Source: a virus (Duplodnaviria; Caudoviricetes). Taken from it: 49,870 nucleotides of DNA. This document shows, piece by piece, positions 45,922-49,870 of the stretch. The stretch covers positions 1 through 49,870 of the IMG/VR virus record IMGVR_UViG_3300025133_000167. One strand, 5' to 3'. A program made the position numbers and the translations under genes. The notes beneath the pieces were generated by a model that worked only from the letters and a program-made list of their open reading frames with translations, was not told the origin of the DNA and searched no databases. How positions within the stretch are numbered: position 1 is the stretch's first letter; the number at the start of each line of letters is the position of its first letter.

Positions 45922-48430
45922 TTAAGTGGGTCCTGCTCTCAAAACTGATTACTTTGCTAACGGGTTTAGGCTCAATGTCCCCCACATCACGCAAACGAAT
46001 CCCCATCCACGGGCGGTATGTCGTTTTAGACCCCCTCTTCGTAGGCTTGCCTTGTGAAAACCCTCGTTCCCGAAGCAACATTCTAAAATAACGTGGCTTC
46101 ATTGGGGCTTCATGGTTCTCTTCACACCAGTCTAAGAAAGCATTGTAGAATATTTTAGGATTAATCGAGGCTTCTTTATCGAAGACACAGATGTCATCGA
46201 AGAAGGGTTTAAGTTGGTCTAGCTGCTCTCGATATTCTTGCGTAGCTTCGACTACATCCCCAGGTGCATTTAGTCCATTTCGTTGCCATTCTAAGCATCC
46301 TGCGACAACACGGTTTAAAATCCCTGGCAACTCATCCAAAAGCTTAAAATCTAGGGTCTTATCTTGTTGACCTTCCTCAATTTTTATTTCAAAAGGAACC
46401 AAGAGCATCCTACGCCAGATCCCTTCATCATTCCCCTTAATAATTGGCTTATGGTTTGCGGATAGCCATATTTTATGCGTAGGGGAGAATTCAAAGAAGT
46501 CTTTTTGCATATATCGGGCTTTAATCCGGTCGCCCCCCGTCATTTGCTTGATGGATGCTTCGGCTAAGCTTCTCCCTCGGTCTATCTCCGAGCTAACGAC
46601 GAATCGAGCCCCTAACAGGTCTGCTACTTCCGTTGGATGTCGCCCATTCTTGGATGAGAGCAGCAATTCCGGGGCAGACTGCTTTGAGTAACCTCCAAGC
46701 ATTCGTTGTATGGTGCCTAGAAACGTCGATTTACCATTTGCGCCTGTGCCGTAGAGGAAGATTAGCTTTTGTTCACTTACGAGCCCTGTGAGAGAGTAGC
46801 CTAAGTATCGATAGAGGAAGGAGATTAAATCGAGTCTCCCGCCCATGATCTCATGTAAAAACTTATCCCATTGGGGGCACTTTGCGTTGGTGTCATACTC
46901 AACTGGGCAAAGCTTAGTGATCAAATCGTTACGATTGTGGGGGAGTAGTTGGCCCGTTTTTAAATCAATGGTGCCGTTCTTTGCGTTTAGCTTCCAAGGG
47001 TCCTTGTCTAATTGCTCGACATTAATTGCGACTCCTTGTTCAAAGGAGGCCAACCCTACCATCGCATGAAGTGCTTTTGAAGATTCAGACTTTACGGCAT
47101 GTTTGTACAGCCGATCTGCTTGGTCAACATCTGTGGTTGCTGCTGCCTGTGCAAAAATCGTTGCGATTGACTGTTCAGCTAAGCGCATCGCTTCGCCAGT
47201 ATCGTCCACGCGCCAACGTGTTCCACTATAGTACAACCATTTCTTCCACGTCCCTAAAAATCGAAGCCGATCTCCGAAACCCGCCACCAACCGTTTCGCA
47301 TTTCCTAAGTCAGTTAAGCCTGGAGAGTTAGGACCGGAAGGACTGCGTTGGTTACTCCCCGTAACACCACCACCCCCTCCGGCCCCTACCCCTTGTCCCT
47401 TTCGGAACACCCCAAACTTTTTCTGAAACGCTTTCCAGCCCTTTCTACCCGAGCCGACACACTTCTTGTGCATACAGCCCGCGTACACGTCACCTGAATT
47501 GGTCTGAACGATGTACGCAGCCCTATCGTTGTGGGCATCGTCAAAGGGACAGGTATCAAATACCCATTTACGTCCCTTATCTCCCCACTTCATTTCGACT
47601 GGCCGGTCATTATCGTCAAAATGAGCATGAAGCCACATATCTAAGCGCCGAGCCCGCTCTGAATTAAATGTCCCGTCACTTAGTGGGGCTCGTTTTGCGA
47701 ATGCTTCTAACTTCTGCTTCGTAACCTTCTCGAAGTCTTCAGGAATTTTAAGCACTCGTGCATTTCGATGCGGACGGTCTTCAGTATGGGCTCCTTTCCG
47801 TGCCACAGTCCCATACAACTTCCAGATCCTTGCAGGATTGAACACCTTTTGATCGATGTTAACCCCCTCAATAGAAAAGAAGAGTTCAAGTGCGGCATAA
47901 AATCTTTTAATTAACGTATGCTTAGGTGTCATGTCAATCTTGTAGATCAAATGGGCACCGTTACCTGAATCTCCCACCATAGGAGCAGGCCAACCTTCCG
48001 CCTCAAGAGACTGGTAGATTAGTTTGACTACCTTAAATGCTAAACGCTTCTCTGCTAACGTCGCTGAAATGTGTGACGGACGTATTGGGTCTACGTCAAT
48101 GAGCAAATAGGTGTGCTCTAACACATCATCGTCTTGTGTCGAAGGTAATCCCGCTGTTAACTTGTTCGGGCTACGTGCGAATAGAGCAGGATTGATTTTG
48201 TTGGGGGTGACATAAACACCATGAGCCCCGTCATCACTACATGCTGCTGCTGCAGAAGCGAGTTTGTCTAAGTCGTTGAAATAACCTGACTGAACAAAAG
48301 GTCTACTGCCGTAACGGGGAGGGGAAATTACACGGAGTTCAACAACTTGGTCTTTCTCGAATAGAGCTTCTAAGGTTGCCGAAATTTCTTGCTGGTTTGC
48401 AACCAACAAATGAGGGGGAGTTTTGGGCAT
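45908..48430 (-). CDS. Primase-helicase: AEP/prim-pol-like N-terminus, Zn finger, D5/P4-family SF3 helicase
   Basis: LLIDVD, DSGNGAHL, CPF..H...C.H..C, TDLGNAKRL (D5_N), Walker A GTGANGKST, KQMTGGD, NHKP, WRR. Confidence 0.92.
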   Translation of the reverse strand: MPKTPPHLLVANQQEISATLEALFEKDQVVELRVISPPRYGSRPFVQSGYFNDLDKLASAAAACSDDGAHGVYVTPNKINPALFARSPNKLTAGLPSTQDDDVLEHTYLLIDVDPIRPSHISATLAEKRLAFKVVKLIYQSLEAEGWPAPMVGDSGNGAHLIYKIDMTPKHTLIKRFYAALELFFSIEGVNIDQKVFNPARIWKLYGTVARKGAHTEDRPHRNARVLKIPEDFEKVTKQKLEAFAKRAPLSDGTFNSERARRLDMWLHAHFDDNDRPVEMKWGDKGRKWVFDTCPFDDAHNDRAAYIVQTNSGDVYAGCMHKKCVGSGRKGWKAFQKKFGVFRKGQGVGAGGGGGVTGSNQRSPSGPNSPGLTDLGNAKRLVAGFGDRLRFLGTWKKWLYYSGTRWRVDDTGEAMRLAEQSIATIFAQAAATTDVDQADRLYKHAVKSESSKALHAMVGLASFEQGVAINVEQLDKDPWKLNAKNGTIDLKTGQLLPHNRNDLITKLCPVEYDTNAKCPQWDKFLHEIMGGRLDLISFLYRYLGYSLTGLVSEQKLIFLYGTGANGKSTFLGTIQRMLGGYSKQSAPELLLSSKNGRHPTEVADLLGARFVVSSEIDRGRSLAEASIKQMTGGDRIKARYMQKDFFEFSPTHKIWLSANHKPIIKGNDEGIWRRMLLVPFEIKIEEGQQDKTLDFKLLDELPGILNRVVAGCLEWQRNGLNAPGDVVEATQEYREQLDQLKPFFDDICVFDKEASINPKIFYNAFLDWCEENHEAPMKPRYFRMLLRERGFSQGKPTKRGSKTTYRPWMGIRLRDVGDIEPKPVSKVISFESRTHLNDGT

Positions 48431-48442
48431 GGGGGAAAACCT

Positions 48443-48898
48443 CTAAGCAAATAAGTCATCACAGTCAGGTGGGCCAAAGACGGAGTCATCCTTTTGTTCA
48501 GGAGAAGGGGAGGGGAAAGGAACCACAATGTTCAAGCTCTTCTCACGTTTTACTTCCTGCCACTCAATAACCTCTGCTTTAATCTGCTCTGATGGTGGAC
48601 GCTCATTTATGTGAGAGTCGTGCCCGTCTAGTTGCTGGTCCATAAGCGCTAGGTCGTCTTCTAAGACCTCAATCAGAGGTTTCCCTTGAGAAGCAGCCTG
48701 TGGGTTAGGGTGCGAGGGTGCCTCGTCCAGAAAAGCCTGTAGGCTCTGCTCGCTGATGCGCCACTGATTGCCGATCTTTGTCGCGGATAACTTCCCCTCT
48801 TTAAGAAAGTTGCGTACCGTGTTGACACATACTCGTAAGTGCTCTGATACCTCTTTGATGGTATAAAATTTAGGCAGATGTACTGGGATAGTAGTCAT
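48443..48898 (-). CDS. Excisionase-like (HTH_17) DNA-binding protein with acidic C-terminal extension
   Basis: YTIKEVSEHLRVCVNTVRNFLKEGKLSATKIGNQWRISEQSL; AAGGAGG RBS. Confidence 0.85.
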   Translation of the reverse strand: MTTIPVHLPKFYTIKEVSEHLRVCVNTVRNFLKEGKLSATKIGNQWRISEQSLQAFLDEAPSHPNPQAASQGKPLIEVLEDDLALMDQQLDGHDSHINERPPSEQIKAEVIEWQEVKREKSLNIVVPFPSPSPEQKDDSVFGPPDCDDLFA

Positions 48899-48929
48899 GG
48901 GAGCCTCCTTGCTAATTGGGTCTTCTTCT

Positions 48930-48958
48930 TTTGTACTTCATCTGAAAGAGTCTGTCAA
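48930..48958 (-). promoter_or_regulatory. Sigma70-type promoter candidate for the HTH-primase operon
   Basis: TTGACA-N17-TACAAA about 30 nt upstream of the start codon. Confidence 0.55.
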
Positions 48959-49031
48959 GCCTACTATTGAAGAATAAAACATTACCATTTATACCAACAG
49001 ATACTAAGTTCTTATAGGCTAATTAGGTGTG

Positions 49032-49362
49032 CTTGACAACTTCTTGACGGTCTGTAACCTTCTGTAACCTAGTTTGTAACCTATAAGGAAAGTAGTTAGC
49101 AGCTACCTTATCTGCAAGGTAGAGGGGCTAAAGTTACAGGTTACAGAAAAGTGTGAACTGGAGCCCTATAGAAGAGTATATATATAAATATATTATATAT
49201 GTGTTTTTATAGGTGTTTTATTTTTTATTTAGGGTCCCTATATAGGGCTTTGACTATTTCCTGTAACTTGTAACTTTTTATATAACTATATAGATTAAAA
49301 CTATATTAATTGAGGTTACAAAGAGGTTACAAAGGGTTACAAGCAGTCAAGAACATGTCAAG
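49032..49362. repeat. Symmetric iteron array around an AT-rich core; probable replication origin
   Basis: CTTGACx2, TGTAACCTx3, GTTACAx2, AGCCCTATA, AT-rich core, TATAGGGCT, TGTAACx2, GGTTACAx3, GTCAAGx2; next to the HTH-primase operon. Confidence 0.8.
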
Positions 49363-49434
49363 ACGTGTGGAATAAGCAGTCAAAGGAGGGGTGTGTTTGG
49401 TACTTATTGTCATCAAGCGTAGCGAATTAGTAAA

Positions 49435-49443
49435 AGTGTAACA
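49435..49443 (-). promoter_or_regulatory. Extended -10 promoter candidate pointing into the origin
   Basis: TGTTACACT; same 13-mer as 37057-37069. Confidence 0.4.
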
Positions 49444-49870
49444 TGAGATTTAGTCGAATATGCTCGTGCGTTTCTTACCTCCCCCCCAGGCTAGAAACAG
49501 GCCCCCCGTCGAAGGGGGGATGCTCGTTAGAGCGATACCCCTTCCAGGGAAATAGAAGGGCGGTTATGAGCACGCGATAGCGGGCGATTAACCTCCGCCC
49601 CGCCCGCCTCTACCCCGCTACGTCTAGCCAAGGACTACCCCGGCCCCTCCCTCGTGACTACTCGGCTACGGAGTTAGTGAGGAAGCATGACGAGCGTACG
49701 TAACCACAGGTTTAACTAGGCTTCTCTACGTATTCCTGCTTCTCCTGGGGCACGCTAACTCTAACCCCGGCCCCCCTTACCCTTACCCCTACGCCTTTAG
49801 CCACCTTACCTTGTGTCAGAGTGCAGCTAAACGTGCGAGCGTAGCGAGCGATTTTTTTTCAAGTGTTGAT

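Noticed and set aside
12030-48570. Numerous short + strand ORFs opposite the structural genes, and - strand ORFs within 1-11.5 kb
   Set aside because: They lie antisense to or nested in well-supported genes and show no motifs; treated as shadow ORFs.
48443-48898. Excisionase implying an integrated prophage
   Set aside because: No integrase, att site or host genes in the window; HTH_17 proteins are often plain regulators.
49032-49362. Repeats as a CRISPR array or transposon ends
   Set aside because: Units are 6-8 bp in mixed orientation without unique 30-bp spacers, and no transposase is nearby.
1-49870. tRNA genes, alternative genetic code or terminal repeats
   Set aside because: No cloverleaf seen in the few intergenic gaps, long genes are intact in the standard code, and the two window ends share no sequence.

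Overview
This window is most of a tailed dsDNA bacteriophage genome with podovirus-like organisation. It has no tape-measure gene, and large ejection-type proteins follow the adaptor and nozzle genes. It starts inside a gene and its ends do not overlap, so part of the early region is missing. The + strand (1-11.5 kb) carries small early genes and a DNA metabolism module: SNF2-like helicase, phage adenine methylase, Cas4-like exonuclease, Sak4-like ATPase, two DUF669-like SSB paralogs, UDG-fused family A polymerase and a degenerate Rad50-like ATPase. The - strand (48.9 to 11.5 kb) carries an HTH regulator, primase-SF3 helicase, a candidate late activator, terminase, portal, scaffold, capsid, decoration, tail, ejection and lysis genes. 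A symmetric iteron array at 49.03-49.36 kb is the probable replication origin. Three observations stand out. (1) A helical R-x-x-A-A-x-x-A-L motif at the scaffold C-terminus recurs at the N- or C-terminus of six otherwise unrelated head-module proteins, including an ADP-ribosyltransferase, suggesting a capsid cargo-loading tag system. (2) Two tandem boxB-like RNA hairpins lead an operon that encodes a protein with a lambda-N-like arginine-rich motif. (3) The origin iteron core recurs inside a shared extended -10 promoter motif. All calls come from motif recognition by eye; no searches were run.
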